From the NCBI RefSeq assembly GCF_018001015.1, contig NZ_JAGNIV010000015.1: a stretch of DNA of 64,000 bases, one strand, 5' to 3'. The translations under genes and the position numbers were made by a program. The stretch is from Phenylobacterium sp. (GTDB lineage Bacteria > Pseudomonadota > Alphaproteobacteria > Caulobacterales > Caulobacteraceae). The notes below the pieces were generated by a model. It worked only from the letters and a program-made list of their open reading frames with translations. It was not told the DNA's origin and did not search any database. Every line of letters begins with the position of its first letter. The stretch's first letter is position 1. Positions 48,239-57,530 of this stretch are shown one piece after another.

Positions 48239-48287
48239 GAGCCCTTTTCATCCGCTCTGAGCGAGTCAGTCAGAGCGGAAAGGGCTC
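48239..48287. terminator. Bulged stem-loop GAGCCCTTT(TCA)TCCGCTCTGA / TCAGAGCGGAAAGGGCTC between convergent genes
   Basis: Read directly. Abuts the stop of the minus-strand gene 48287..48727 and follows a T-rich tract (CTTTTTGAATG) on the plus strand. Confidence 0.5.
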
Positions 48288-48727
48288 TAGTGGCCGGGCG
48301 CGGGCGCGCAGGTCGTGCCGTCCTCGCAACCCGAATAGTGGAATTGCGGCGGCTCCACTGTGACCTCAGAGGGACGGACATAAACCTGGGGCCGGTGAAG
48401 ATATATCTGCGGCGCGGCGATACGCACCGGCGGCGCGTCGACATAGACCGGCGGGCCTTCCACATCGATCCGGCCCGTGGCGACGTACACCGGGCGGCCG
48501 TAGACGCGGACTCCGGGGCTTCTGACGCGGATGTCGGACCATCCCCCGGAGGGGCGATAGAAGACGGCCTCCTTGTCGCAAAGGCAGCCATCTTCGGGGC
48601 GGTGATAGGACTCGTCAGGGCAATCCCGCACCATCTGCGGCCGGTCATAGCCGTAGCGGTCTTGCGCACCAGCGCTGCCGGCGGACATCAGAAGCGCGCC
48701 CGCGCCAGCGATCAGTATGTACTTCAA
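48287..48727 (-). CDS. Hypothetical secreted protein with reiterated P-x-V/I-Y-V motif
   Basis: Signal MKYILIAGAGALLMSAGSAGAQ. Repeats RPVYV, PPVYV, PQIYL, PQVYV. Five Cys in the mature region. Confidence 0.6.
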   Translation of the reverse strand: MKYILIAGAGALLMSAGSAGAQDRYGYDRPQMVRDCPDESYHRPEDGCLCDKEAVFYRPSGGWSDIRVRSPGVRVYGRPVYVATGRIDVEGPPVYVDAPPVRIAAPQIYLHRPQVYVRPSEVTVEPPQFHYSGCEDGTTCAPAPGH

Positions 48728-49058
48728 GGCAACCCCCAGATGGAAACGAGACCATGTTTCGCGCCCGCTGAGAACCGTGGAAGACGATGGCCATCAAGGG
48801 GCGGACCATGACCGTAAGGAGTTCATTAACCATTTGGCAAGGCGCTGCATCCCTGGGTCCGGGTAACCCGCCTCGACCGCACACTAGGGTAGTGACCAAA
48901 TCGGTCAGGCGGCAGGCCCTGCCGGTCCGCGTGTTCACCGCCCCGCGCTCGGGCTATGAACCCACCCTGTGCGTGGGCGCGGCGATCTTCATTTTGCTGA
49001 CCACCATCGGCGACCTGCCCAAGCTGACGGGCCGCCACCGGCCCCTGGAGGCGTAACC

Positions 49059-49787
49059 ATGTCGGCTCATGTCCCCCCCGAACTCACCGGCCTCTGGCGA
49101 CGCGAGGTGATCACCACGCCCACGGGCTATCGCGATGAGACCACCCGGGTCCTCTGGCTGCAGACGCGGTCCTGGTACGCCGACATCCGCGTGACGGCCG
49201 ACAGGCCCCGGCGCGAGGGCGCCACGGGTTTCGCCGACTATACCGACGCCGAGCTGATCGCGATGGCGGCGGTCCAGGGCTTCGCCGGCGAACTGACCGC
49301 CACGGGAAACGTCTGCCTCTGGCGGCGCGACCTCGACTACCAGCCGCCCCATGACCTGGTGGACGAGGCGACCTTCACGGTGAGGGACGGCGTCATGATC
49401 GAGGACGGCATCCACTCTCAGTATCAGGAGATCTGGCGCCAGGAGGCGCCGGCCGCCACCCCTCTAGCGGCCTACCGACTGGCCGGCGGGGCCGAGGGCA
49501 TGCTGGTGATCGTTGGGGAACACTTCCTGGAGATCCGCGACCGCGCCACGCCCCTGGCGCCCGCCGAGTCGCTCACCGCCCAGGTGACGGAGGCGCTCGC
49601 CGCCGGGCGCCGCGACGCGGCCATCGCCGCCCTCTCGATGCGCATCTGCTACGGCAAGGTCGCCGGCGCCTCGCGCCTGGTGACCCTGTCGTCCTACCCC
49701 TGGCTGGAGGGGACCGACCTCGGCGCGGCAGACCCGGCGGAGTGGACCCTGATCGACCGTGACGCCCCGGCGCCGGCCCTCTCCTGA
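49059..49787 (+). CDS. Hypothetical protein (242 aa)
   Basis: ATG at 49059. Protein-like composition (LWLQTRSWYADIRV..., VCLWRRDLDYQPPHD...). No domain recognised. Lies upstream of, and on the same strand as, the first NikR-like gene. Confidence 0.55.
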   Translation: MSAHVPPELTGLWRREVITTPTGYRDETTRVLWLQTRSWYADIRVTADRPRREGATGFADYTDAELIAMAAVQGFAGELTATGNVCLWRRDLDYQPPHDLVDEATFTVRDGVMIEDGIHSQYQEIWRQEAPAATPLAAYRLAGGAEGMLVIVGEHFLEIRDRATPLAPAESLTAQVTEALAAGRRDAAIAALSMRICYGKVAGASRLVTLSSYPWLEGTDLGAADPAEWTLIDRDAPAPALS

Positions 49788-49886
49788 GGCGGCGAACCGA
49801 GAGACCGCCAAATCGACCCGGCCGCGTTGATCGTTCCGCACCGGCCATGCGACTGTTGAGCTGCAGTCGCCCCGCGCCCGTCAGAG

Positions 49887-50390
49887 TTGGATTACGCCTT
49901 GGACCAGGACCTGCTTCCGCAACTCGCCCGCATCGGCATCAGCCTGCCCGGCAAGCTACTGGCCCAGCTCGACGCCATGGTTTCGCGCCGCGGCCTTCCC
50001 AGCCGTTCGCAGATGATCGCCGAGCTGATTCGCCATGAGTTGGCCGACACTGAGGACGGCCTGGCCGACGGCGTCATGGCCGGCACCATCACCCTGATCT
50101 ACCGCGCCGAGAGCGGCCGCGTCCGTCACGCGCTGGCCCGTGTGCAGAGCGAGTATCTGCCGGAAGTCATTTCCTCGCAGCACGTCTTCCTGGAGGAGGA
50201 TCGCTCCCTGGAGGTCCTGCTTGTCCAGGGCTCGGCGGTTCGGCTGCAACAGCTTTGCGACCGTCTGCGACGAGTGCGGGCGGTGCAGCAGCTGAAGCTC
50301 GTGACGACGCGATCGCTGCTGCCCCCGCTGCATGCCCATGGGACGAGCGAGCCCGCGGATCCGCACCGCCGCCGGGCCGGGGCCCGTTAG
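49887..50390 (+). CDS. NikR-fold (CopG ribbon-helix-helix + ACT-like C-domain) transcriptional regulator, paralogue 1
   Basis: RHH: LARIGISLPGKLLAQLDAMVSRRGLPSRSQMIAELIRHEL. C-domain: AGTITLIYRAESGRV...VISSQHVFLEEDRSLEVLLVQG...VQQLKLV aligns by eye with the NikR metal-binding domain. TTG start uncertain. Confidence 0.8.
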   Translation: MDYALDQDLLPQLARIGISLPGKLLAQLDAMVSRRGLPSRSQMIAELIRHELADTEDGLADGVMAGTITLIYRAESGRVRHALARVQSEYLPEVISSQHVFLEEDRSLEVLLVQGSAVRLQQLCDRLRRVRAVQQLKLVTTRSLLPPLHAHGTSEPADPHRRRAGAR

Positions 50391-50678
50391 CCCAGGCGAT
50401 CAGCGCGGACGGTCATGGCCTGGAACAAGGCCGACCGCAGCCGCGCGACCCAGGGGAGGACGGCCAGCGGCCGGGCGGGTGTTGGGGCGGCTTTTCGAGG
50501 GGCCATGCGAACCTCCGGGCGAGGTTCGAGGGTAGGCGCGAGGCGGGCGGCGGATACGGCGGGGCTTGCGTTCGCTTTCCGCTGAAACCTCTCTGCACAC
50601 TAGGCAAGCAATCTCATCGCCGGTTCGTGCAGATGCGCGGCGCCTCACCCTGCGTATCGGTGCCCGGAAAATTGGAAT

Positions 50679-51671
50679 CTAGACCTTCGCCTCCTGCCCG
50701 AAGGCCGGGGTGGCCGGCGCGCCGACACGGCGTTCCTTCAAGTAGGCGAAGGTGGCGATGGTCTGGGCCATGAGGTGGTCCCCCGAGACCAGGCGCGGAT
50801 AGCGGGCGGGCCGATCGGCGCTGACAAAGGCGGGGTGCGGCTCCACCACCGTCCAGTAGTCGCAGGTGGCGAAGAACGGGAAGCTGTAGCGCTCCTCGCC
50901 CACCCGGCGGACCCGGTGCGTGGTGGCGACGAACTCGCCATTGGTCCAGGCCTCCAGCATGTCGCCTATATTGACCACGAAGGCGCCGGGGATCGGCGGG
51001 CAGTCGATCCAGAGCCCCTCGCCGTTCATCACCTCCAGACCTGGCGCCGTGCCGTGCAGCAGGGTGAAGAACTCATAGTCGGTGTGGGCGCCGATCCCCT
51101 GTTGGTCCGGCTCGGCGTGAGGATCGAAGGGATAGTGGATGACGCGAAGCTGGCTGGGCGGGCAGGTGAGGTGCGGCTCGAAGGCCTCCTGCGGCAGGCC
51201 GAGCGCCAGGGCGAAGCCGCCGAACAGCCGCCGGGCCAGGCCCGAGATCGCGGAATAGTAGGCCCCGGCCGCTCTTCTGAAGCCCTCGTCTTGCGGCCAG
51301 AGATTAGGGCCCATCATCGGGGCGCGAGCATCGCAGGCTGGCCAGTCGAGGCCGATGTCATAGGCCTCCTTCCGGTCGATCTTGCCGCCGGGAAACACCT
51401 CCTCGCCCTCCGGAACATAGCCCGAGTGGTTGGAAGAGCGCCCAATGTAGGACGCGAGCTTAGCGCTCATGGGCTGGGCGAAATAGCGCTGAGCGGCGCT
51501 CAGCAATTCGCTGATGAGAGCCGGGTCAAGGCCGTGCCCGGTGACATAGAGAAAGCCCGCCTCCCGCGCGGCGCGGCCCAGCCCGTCAGCTACCGCCTGG
51601 CGGGCCGCCGGGTCGGATAAGGTCAGGCCGGCGATATTCACCACCGGCACAGTCTGGAACCTGCGTGTCAC
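50679..51671 (-). CDS. 2-oxoglutarate/Fe(II)-dependent oxygenase (isopenicillin-N-synthase/EFE-like family)
   Basis: Facial triad HTD in IGAHTDYEFFTLL and distal H in ATTHRV. 2OG-binding RYSFPFF. GTG at 51671 preceded by GAGAGG is preferred over TTG at 51704. Confidence 0.85.
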   Translation of the reverse strand: MTRRFQTVPVVNIAGLTLSDPAARQAVADGLGRAAREAGFLYVTGHGLDPALISELLSAAQRYFAQPMSAKLASYIGRSSNHSGYVPEGEEVFPGGKIDRKEAYDIGLDWPACDARAPMMGPNLWPQDEGFRRAAGAYYSAISGLARRLFGGFALALGLPQEAFEPHLTCPPSQLRVIHYPFDPHAEPDQQGIGAHTDYEFFTLLHGTAPGLEVMNGEGLWIDCPPIPGAFVVNIGDMLEAWTNGEFVATTHRVRRVGEERYSFPFFATCDYWTVVEPHPAFVSADRPARYPRLVSGDHLMAQTIATFAYLKERRVGAPATPAFGQEAKV

Positions 51672-51851
51672 GATCGGCCTCTCAGGCGGCTCGCGTATTA
51701 CCAATTGATCAGCTCGTATTCGCCCGCGCCGGGTGCGGCGGCAGGGCGACAGGCCTGAAGATTGACGCCTGGACGCTCATCCTGGCGCCTCGCTGCGTAG
51801 TTTTGCGGCGCCTTTGGGCCTGGCGGCGCCGCGCGCGCCGGAGCCGTGGAT

Positions 51852-51877
51852 TATTACGATCTGCGCACTCAGTAATA
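51852..51877. promoter_or_regulatory. TATTAC-N14-GTAATA inverted repeat (candidate operator for the NikR-like regulators), site 2
   Basis: Read directly: TTATTACGAT-CTGCGCAC-TCAGTAATAT, about 47 bp upstream of the ABC binding-protein ATG. Shares TATTACGATC with the site at 63086. Confidence 0.5.
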
Positions 51878-51924
51878 TCGCTCGAATGACGGGCGAGGGC
51901 CGGTCTGCGGAACAGGGGATCGAT

Positions 51925-53022
51925 ATGACCAAGTGGCTTACCGGAGTGAAAGTCGCCGCCACGGCGGCCCTTGTCGGCCTGGCGCTGGCCGCCTGCAGCC
52001 CGAAGACGGAGACCAAGACCGCCGCGGCCCCGGCCGCCAAGACCTACACCGTCGGCTGGACCATCTATGCCGGCTGGATGCCCTGGCCCTACGCCGAACA
52101 GGCCGGGATCGTGAAGAAGTGGTCCGACAAATACGGCGTCGACATCAAGGTGGTGCAGATCAACGACTATGTCGAAAGCCTGAACCAGTTCACCGCCGGC
52201 AAGCTGGACGCGGTGACCTCCACCAACATGGACGCCCTGACCATCCCGGCCGCCGCCGGGAAGGACACCACCTTCCTGATGATCGGCGACTATTCCAACG
52301 GCAACGACGGCATCGTCCTGAAGGGCGGCGCGACCCTGGCCGACATCAAGGGCCGTCCGGTCAACCTCGTCGAGAACTCCGTTTCCCACTACCTGCTGGC
52401 CCGCGGGCTGGAGAGCGCCGGCCTGAAGATGACCGACGTGAAGGTGGTCAACACCTCAGACGCCGACATCGTGGCTGCCTTCGGCGCGCCGGAGACCAAG
52501 GCCGTCGTGCCGTGGAACCCGCAACTGACCGAAATCAAGAAGATGCCCGGCGCAAAGCAGGTTTTCGATTCTTCCAAGATCCCCGGCGAGATCCTCGACG
52601 GCCTGATCATCTCCACCGAGGTGGCCAAGGCCAATCCGAACCTGGCCAAGGCCCTGGCCGGCATCTGGTATGAAACCACCATGCTGATGAACCAGCAGGA
52701 CGCCGCCGGTCAGGCCGCCCGCGAGGCCATGGCCAAGCTCTCCGGCACCGACCTGGCCGGCTACGAGAGCCAGCTGAAGACCACCTACCTCTATTACGAT
52801 CCCAAGGCGGCCCTGGCGGCCACCGCCAGCCCCGACTTGGTCGCGGCCAATGACAAGGTGCGCAAGTTCAGCTTCACCGCCGGCCTGTTCGGCCAAGGCG
52901 CCAAGTCGGTGGACGACATCGGCATCGAGTTCCCGGGCGGCAAGGTCCTGGGCGACCCGAAGAACGTGAAGCTGCGCTTCGACCCGACCTACGTGCAGAT
53001 GGCCGCGGACGGCAAGCTGTAG
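51925..53022 (+). CDS. ABC transporter substrate-binding lipoprotein (NitT/TauT family, urea-carboxylase-region type)
   Basis: Lipobox LALAAC|S. NMT1/TauA-like fold signatures (WTIYAGWMPW..., DAVTSTNMDAL). Followed by permease and ATPase genes. Confidence 0.85.
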   Translation: MTKWLTGVKVAATAALVGLALAACSPKTETKTAAAPAAKTYTVGWTIYAGWMPWPYAEQAGIVKKWSDKYGVDIKVVQINDYVESLNQFTAGKLDAVTSTNMDALTIPAAAGKDTTFLMIGDYSNGNDGIVLKGGATLADIKGRPVNLVENSVSHYLLARGLESAGLKMTDVKVVNTSDADIVAAFGAPETKAVVPWNPQLTEIKKMPGAKQVFDSSKIPGEILDGLIISTEVAKANPNLAKALAGIWYETTMLMNQQDAAGQAAREAMAKLSGTDLAGYESQLKTTYLYYDPKAALAATASPDLVAANDKVRKFSFTAGLFGQGAKSVDDIGIEFPGGKVLGDPKNVKLRFDPTYVQMAADGKL

Positions 53023-53061
53023 GTTCGGCTCTGCAACGTTAACCCAAGGAGGCGATTTCCG

Positions 53062-53886
53062 ATGCGCCGTCTGCTGAACGCGCGGCCGCGGGTCGGGGGT
53101 CGCCTCCTTCTGGGCCTGCTGCCGATCCTGGCGCTGGTCCTGCTCTATCTGGTGGTCGCCACCGCGCGCCACACCGAGAACCCCCGCGACAAGATCACCC
53201 CGATCCCGGCCGCCATGGCCGCCGGCATCCAGACCATGGCCTTCGAGGCCGATCCCCGCACCGGGGAAGTCCCGCTGGTGGCCGACACCAAGGCCAGTTT
53301 GCAGCGTTTGGGTGTCGCGGTCGGACTGGCGGCGGCGACCACCCTGGTGCTTGGACTGACCATCGGCCTGCTGCCCTACGTGCGAGCGAGCCTGGGGCCC
53401 TTGGTCGCCACCATATCGGTGATCCCGCCGATCGCGGTCCTGCCTATCCTTTTCATTGTCTTCGGACTGGGGGAGACCTCGAAGATCGTGCTGATCTTCG
53501 TGGGGATCACGCCCGTGATGGTCCGCGACCTGGCCACCCACGTGGCCGCCATTCCCGAGGAACAGATCGTCAAGGCCCAGACGCTGGGCGCCTCCACCTG
53601 GCTCACCCTGCTCCGCGTCGCCCTGCCCCAGGCCCTGCCGCGCCTGATCGACTCCCTGCGGCTCTCCCTCTGCCCGGCCTGGGTCTATCTGATCTCGGCC
53701 GAGGCCATCGCCTCGGACGTCGGCCTGGGCTACCGGATCTTCCTGGTGCGCCGGTATCTGGCCATGGACATCATCCTCCCTTACGTCGTCTGGATCTCGC
53801 TGCTGGCGGTGATCATGGACCTCGCCCTGCAGGCTTGGAGCCGCACCAGCTTCGCCTGGGCCCACCCGCCGCGGAACGCCCGATGA
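53062..53886 (+). CDS. ABC transporter permease (NitT/TauT family)
   Basis: 6 TM. EAA-like loop EEQIVKAQTLGASTWLTLLRVALPQALPRLIDSL. Confidence 0.9.
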   Translation: MRRLLNARPRVGGRLLLGLLPILALVLLYLVVATARHTENPRDKITPIPAAMAAGIQTMAFEADPRTGEVPLVADTKASLQRLGVAVGLAAATTLVLGLTIGLLPYVRASLGPLVATISVIPPIAVLPILFIVFGLGETSKIVLIFVGITPVMVRDLATHVAAIPEEQIVKAQTLGASTWLTLLRVALPQALPRLIDSLRLSLCPAWVYLISAEAIASDVGLGYRIFLVRRYLAMDIILPYVVWISLLAVIMDLALQAWSRTSFAWAHPPRNAR

Positions 53887-54653
53887 GCAAGCTGGCCTTC
53901 CGCAACGTCTGGGTCGAGTACGGTTCGAAGATCGTCCTGGAGAAGGTCGATCTGGAGGTCGCCGACGGGGCGTTCGTCTCCATCATCGGGCCGTCCGGCG
54001 CGGGCAAGTCCACCTTCCTGCGCCTGGCGCTGGGCCAGGAGGCGCCGACTCGCGGCGCGATCCTGCTGGACGGCGAGCCGCTGTCGCCCGAGCCCGGCCC
54101 CGACCGTGGCGTGGTCTTCCAGCGCTACTCGGTGTTCCCACACATGAACGCCCTAGACAACGTCACCTTCGGCCTGGATTGCGCCGGCTCGCCCCTGCGG
54201 GGCCGGCTCGGCGGCAAGGCCAGGAAGCAGGCCCGCGAAGCGGCCAAGGCCCTGCTGGCGCGGGTGGGGCTGGAGCACAATTTCAAGACCTATCCCCGGG
54301 CCCTGTCGGGGGGCATGCAGCAGCGGCTGGCCCTGGCCCAGGCCCTGATCACGCGGCCACGCATCCTGCTCCTCGACGAGCCGTTCGGGGCGCTGGACCC
54401 TGGCGTGCGCCTGGACATGCACGCCCTGATCACCGAGCTCTGGACCGAGCACAAGCTCACCATCCTGATGGTCACCCACGACATCAAGGAGGCCTTCAAG
54501 CTGGGCACCCGAGTGGTCGCCTTCGACAAACGCCGCCACGATCCCCAGGCGCCGCACCGCTACGGCTCGACAGCGGTCTACGACTTCCCGCTGGACGACA
54601 AGAAGAGCCGCGCCGTGCCGCCGGTGCTGAAGGCGCTCGTCAGCGCACCTTGA
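53883..54653 (+). CDS. ABC transporter ATP-binding protein
   Basis: Walker A GPSGAGKST, signature LSGGMQQRLALA, Walker B ILLLDEPFGALD. ATGA overlap with the permease gene. Confidence 0.9.
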   Translation: MSKLAFRNVWVEYGSKIVLEKVDLEVADGAFVSIIGPSGAGKSTFLRLALGQEAPTRGAILLDGEPLSPEPGPDRGVVFQRYSVFPHMNALDNVTFGLDCAGSPLRGRLGGKARKQAREAAKALLARVGLEHNFKTYPRALSGGMQQRLALAQALITRPRILLLDEPFGALDPGVRLDMHALITELWTEHKLTILMVTHDIKEAFKLGTRVVAFDKRRHDPQAPHRYGSTAVYDFPLDDKKSRAVPPVLKALVSAP

Positions 54654-55686
54654 GCGCCAGGATCACCAGCAGGGCCGAGAGGCCCAGGTGGACCAGCATG
54701 AAGCGCACGAGCACCTGGGTGTTGGACCAGCCCAGCTCCTTGCGGCAGTGGTCGTGCAGCGGGAAGCGGACGCCGGCCAGGATCTTCAGGCCGAAGAACC
54801 GCAGCAGGGCCACCTTCACCAGGCCGGTGGCGCCGTTCATCAGGATCACCGAGCCCACCAGCAGCAGGAACAGCGGATTGTTGGTGGCCACCACCAGCAT
54901 GCCGATCAGCAGGCCCAGCGGCCGCGACCCGGCATCCCCCATCAGCACCAGGCTGGGGGCGGCGTTGTACCAGAGGTAGCCCGCCACACAGCCCACCATC
55001 AGGAAGGCCATGATCGCCCAGTTGGCGCCCTCGCGGGTAAAGGGGACGTTGAGGTGGCCGGCCACCACCTCGTTGCCGAGCACGGCGTAGAGCAGGCCCC
55101 CCAGCAGCAGGATGGCGGTGCCGGTCAAGCTCCCCGAGACCCCATCGACGCCATCGGAGCAGTTTGTGGCGTTGATGGACAGCCAGATGATCCCGCTGGC
55201 CAGCGGGATGGAAAGCCAGGGCCCCAGGATGAGCGTCCCCTTCCAAATGGGCAGCCAGAGGGCGACCGGTTCGAAGCCGTAAATCACCATGGCTGCGCCC
55301 ACCGCGATGGCGGCGTCCATCACGGCCAGCTGGTACTCCGAGAACCCGCCGCGCCGGTCGTCGAAATAGCCCACCAGCATGGCCGCCAGCATCAACGGCA
55401 GGGTCAGCAGGCAGCGGGCGCCGAACGGCACGAAGATCAGACAGGCGGCGCAGAAGATGCTGACGAAGATCAGCCCGGCGCTGATGGGCTTGCCGACGCT
55501 CATCTCGGCGTTGACCGCGAAGGCGCGGCCGCGGTCCGTTGGCAGGCGGGACCAGAGCCGGGGCAGCAGGATCCAGGTGGTGAGCGCGCAAAGGGCGAAG
55601 CCGATCCCCGCCAGGAAGAAGAAGGACTCGAAAAGCCGCAGGGGTCCCCAGGCGTAGCCCAGGGTCGAATGGATCGCGCTCAGCAT
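54640..55686 (-). CDS. MraY-like polyprenyl-phosphate phospho-sugar transferase (GT4 family paralogue)
   Basis: VGYFDDRRG, INATNCSDGVDGVSGS, LMGDAGSRPLG and PLHDHCRKELGWS parallel the MraY DDxxK, NxxNxxDGxDG, GDxGS and PxHHHFExxGW motifs. About 10 TM. Last gene on the carboxylase strand. Confidence 0.8.
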   Translation of the reverse strand: MLSAIHSTLGYAWGPLRLFESFFFLAGIGFALCALTTWILLPRLWSRLPTDRGRAFAVNAEMSVGKPISAGLIFVSIFCAACLIFVPFGARCLLTLPLMLAAMLVGYFDDRRGGFSEYQLAVMDAAIAVGAAMVIYGFEPVALWLPIWKGTLILGPWLSIPLASGIIWLSINATNCSDGVDGVSGSLTGTAILLLGGLLYAVLGNEVVAGHLNVPFTREGANWAIMAFLMVGCVAGYLWYNAAPSLVLMGDAGSRPLGLLIGMLVVATNNPLFLLLVGSVILMNGATGLVKVALLRFFGLKILAGVRFPLHDHCRKELGWSNTQVLVRFMLVHLGLSALLVILALKVR

Positions 55687-55746
55687 GGAGGCCTTGTCGT
55701 CGAGAGAAGCGTCAGCTTCCTTCTATCAAGGCTCGCGCATGATCCG

Positions 55747-57525
55747 CTAGGCCGGGAGCCCTGCGATATAGGCGCGCCATCCGCCCAGCGCGGTGATGTC
55801 CTCGGCGCCGACGATGGCGCGGGGTTCGGCGACGAAACCCTTCACCGAGCCGCCGCCCTCCAGGGTGACCGTGCCGATGGCCAAGGGCGCGGGCACCTCG
55901 ACGACGAAGCTGCCGAAGGCCTCGACGCCCAGCTCATAGACCTCCACCTCGATGGCCCCGCCGCCCTCGCCCACATGGATCAGGGCCGGCTTGAAGGGGG
56001 TGGTGTTGGTCATGGCGAACAGCTTGTAGGCGGGCGCGGTCTTGGTGCGGCTGACCAGCTTGGCGTCGCGGGAGGTGAGCTGCCAGTGCAGGGGCATGCC
56101 GGCCAGGTGGGCGCCCACGACGGCGAGCTTCACGGTCTGGGGCTTGCCGGCGGTGTCGAGGGCAGGCGCGTCGGGCATGGGGGAGATCTCCTCGTAGCGG
56201 CGGGCCAGGTCGAGCAGCACGTCGTCCGCCCAGGCCTGCCCCACCAGGGTGACGCCGAAGCCGGTGTCATTGTCGCGGAACCCGGCCGGGACCGCGATGG
56301 CGCTCATGTCCAGCAGGTTGACGAAGTTGGTGTAGAGCCCGAGCGCGCCGTTCAGGGCGAAGGGCTCGGCAGTAACCTCGGCCAGGCGGTAGATGGTGGG
56401 CGTGGTGGGCAGCAGCAGGACATCGACCTGGGGCCAGATGGCCTCCGCCGCGCGGGCATGGTCGGCTAGGGCATAGAGGCCGCGGAAGGTGTCGACGCCG
56501 GTGACCCCGAACCCGCCCTGCAGGATGGCGCGCACCGTGGGGTTCACCGCCGCCGGGGTCTCCCGCAGCAGGGTCTCGATGGCTGCGGTGCGCTCAGCAA
56601 CCCAGGGTCCGCTGTAGAGCAGCTTGGCGGCCTCCAGCAGGGGCTCGATGTCGATCTCGACGGTGACGCCTCCCATTGCGGTGACCCGCTCGACAGCTCG
56701 CGCATAGATGGCCTGGGCCTGGTCGTCGCCCATGAAGATCAGTTGATCCGCCTTCGGAACGCCGAAGCGGAATGAGGCGCCCAGCAGGTCGGTCGCGGAG
56801 GGCGCGCGTCGCGAATAGGTGTCGGAGGGATCGAAGGCCGCGACCACTGAGTCCACCAGGGCCGCGTCGGCGACGTCGTTGGCCAGCACCGTCACGCAAT
56901 CGAGGGAGCGGCAGGCGGGCACGACGCCACTTGTGCTCCAGCGGCCCTTGGTGGGTTTGAAGCCGATCAGGCCGTTGAAGGCCGCGGGCACCCGGCCCGA
57001 GCCTGCCGTGTCGGTCCCGAGCGCGAAGGCCACCAGGCCGGCCGCCACCGCTACCGCCGAGCCCGAACTCGACCCGCCGCTGACATAGGCCAGATTGTAG
57101 ACGCAGGCCGGCGCGCCATAGGGGCTGCGGGCGCCCACCAGGCCGGTGGCGAACTGATCCAGGTTGGTCTTGCCCATGCAGATCGCGCCCGCCGCCAGCA
57201 GCCGGGCGGCCACCGTGGCCGTGTCCTCGGGGTCGTAGGCATAGGCCGGGCACGCTGCCGTGGTGGGCAGGCCCGCCACGTCGATATTGTCCTTCACCGC
57301 GAAGGGCACGCCCGCCAGGGGCAGGCGCTCGCCGGCGGCCACCCGGGCGTCCACGGCGCGGGCCTGGGTCAGCACGGTTTGCGGATCGGGCCGCATGATC
57401 CAGGCGTGGGCCTGGACCTCGTCATAGGCGGCGATGGCCTCCAGGGCCTGGGCGATGACGCTTTCGGCCGAACGGGCGCCGCTGGAGACGGCCGACGCGA
57501 TGGCGGTGATGGAAAGGCGGGTCAT
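55747..57525 (-). CDS. atzF: Allophanate hydrolase (amidase-signature N-domain + AtzF C-domain)
   Basis: Amidase signature GGSSSGSAVAVAAG...GTDTAGSGRVPAA, with the C-terminal allophanate-hydrolase-specific domain. Immediately downstream of the carboxylase gene. Confidence 0.9.
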   Translation of the reverse strand: MTRLSITAIASAVSSGARSAESVIAQALEAIAAYDEVQAHAWIMRPDPQTVLTQARAVDARVAAGERLPLAGVPFAVKDNIDVAGLPTTAACPAYAYDPEDTATVAARLLAAGAICMGKTNLDQFATGLVGARSPYGAPACVYNLAYVSGGSSSGSAVAVAAGLVAFALGTDTAGSGRVPAAFNGLIGFKPTKGRWSTSGVVPACRSLDCVTVLANDVADAALVDSVVAAFDPSDTYSRRAPSATDLLGASFRFGVPKADQLIFMGDDQAQAIYARAVERVTAMGGVTVEIDIEPLLEAAKLLYSGPWVAERTAAIETLLRETPAAVNPTVRAILQGGFGVTGVDTFRGLYALADHARAAEAIWPQVDVLLLPTTPTIYRLAEVTAEPFALNGALGLYTNFVNLLDMSAIAVPAGFRDNDTGFGVTLVGQAWADDVLLDLARRYEEISPMPDAPALDTAGKPQTVKLAVVGAHLAGMPLHWQLTSRDAKLVSRTKTAPAYKLFAMTNTTPFKPALIHVGEGGGAIEVEVYELGVEAFGSFVVEVPAPLAIGTVTLEGGGSVKGFVAEPRAIVGAEDITALGGWRAYIAGLPA

Positions 57526-57530
57526 GGGGC

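Noticed and set aside
51672-51924. Possible guanidine-I (ykkC) riboswitch in the leaders of the carboxylase island (also 63069-63193).
   Set aside because: I could not find the conserved ykkC segments as I remember them (GGGUUCCG..., GGUCCGAGAG, ACACGG...GGGA) by eye. The 63-kb leader is too short and is dominated by a DNA palindrome. An Infernal scan is needed to be sure.
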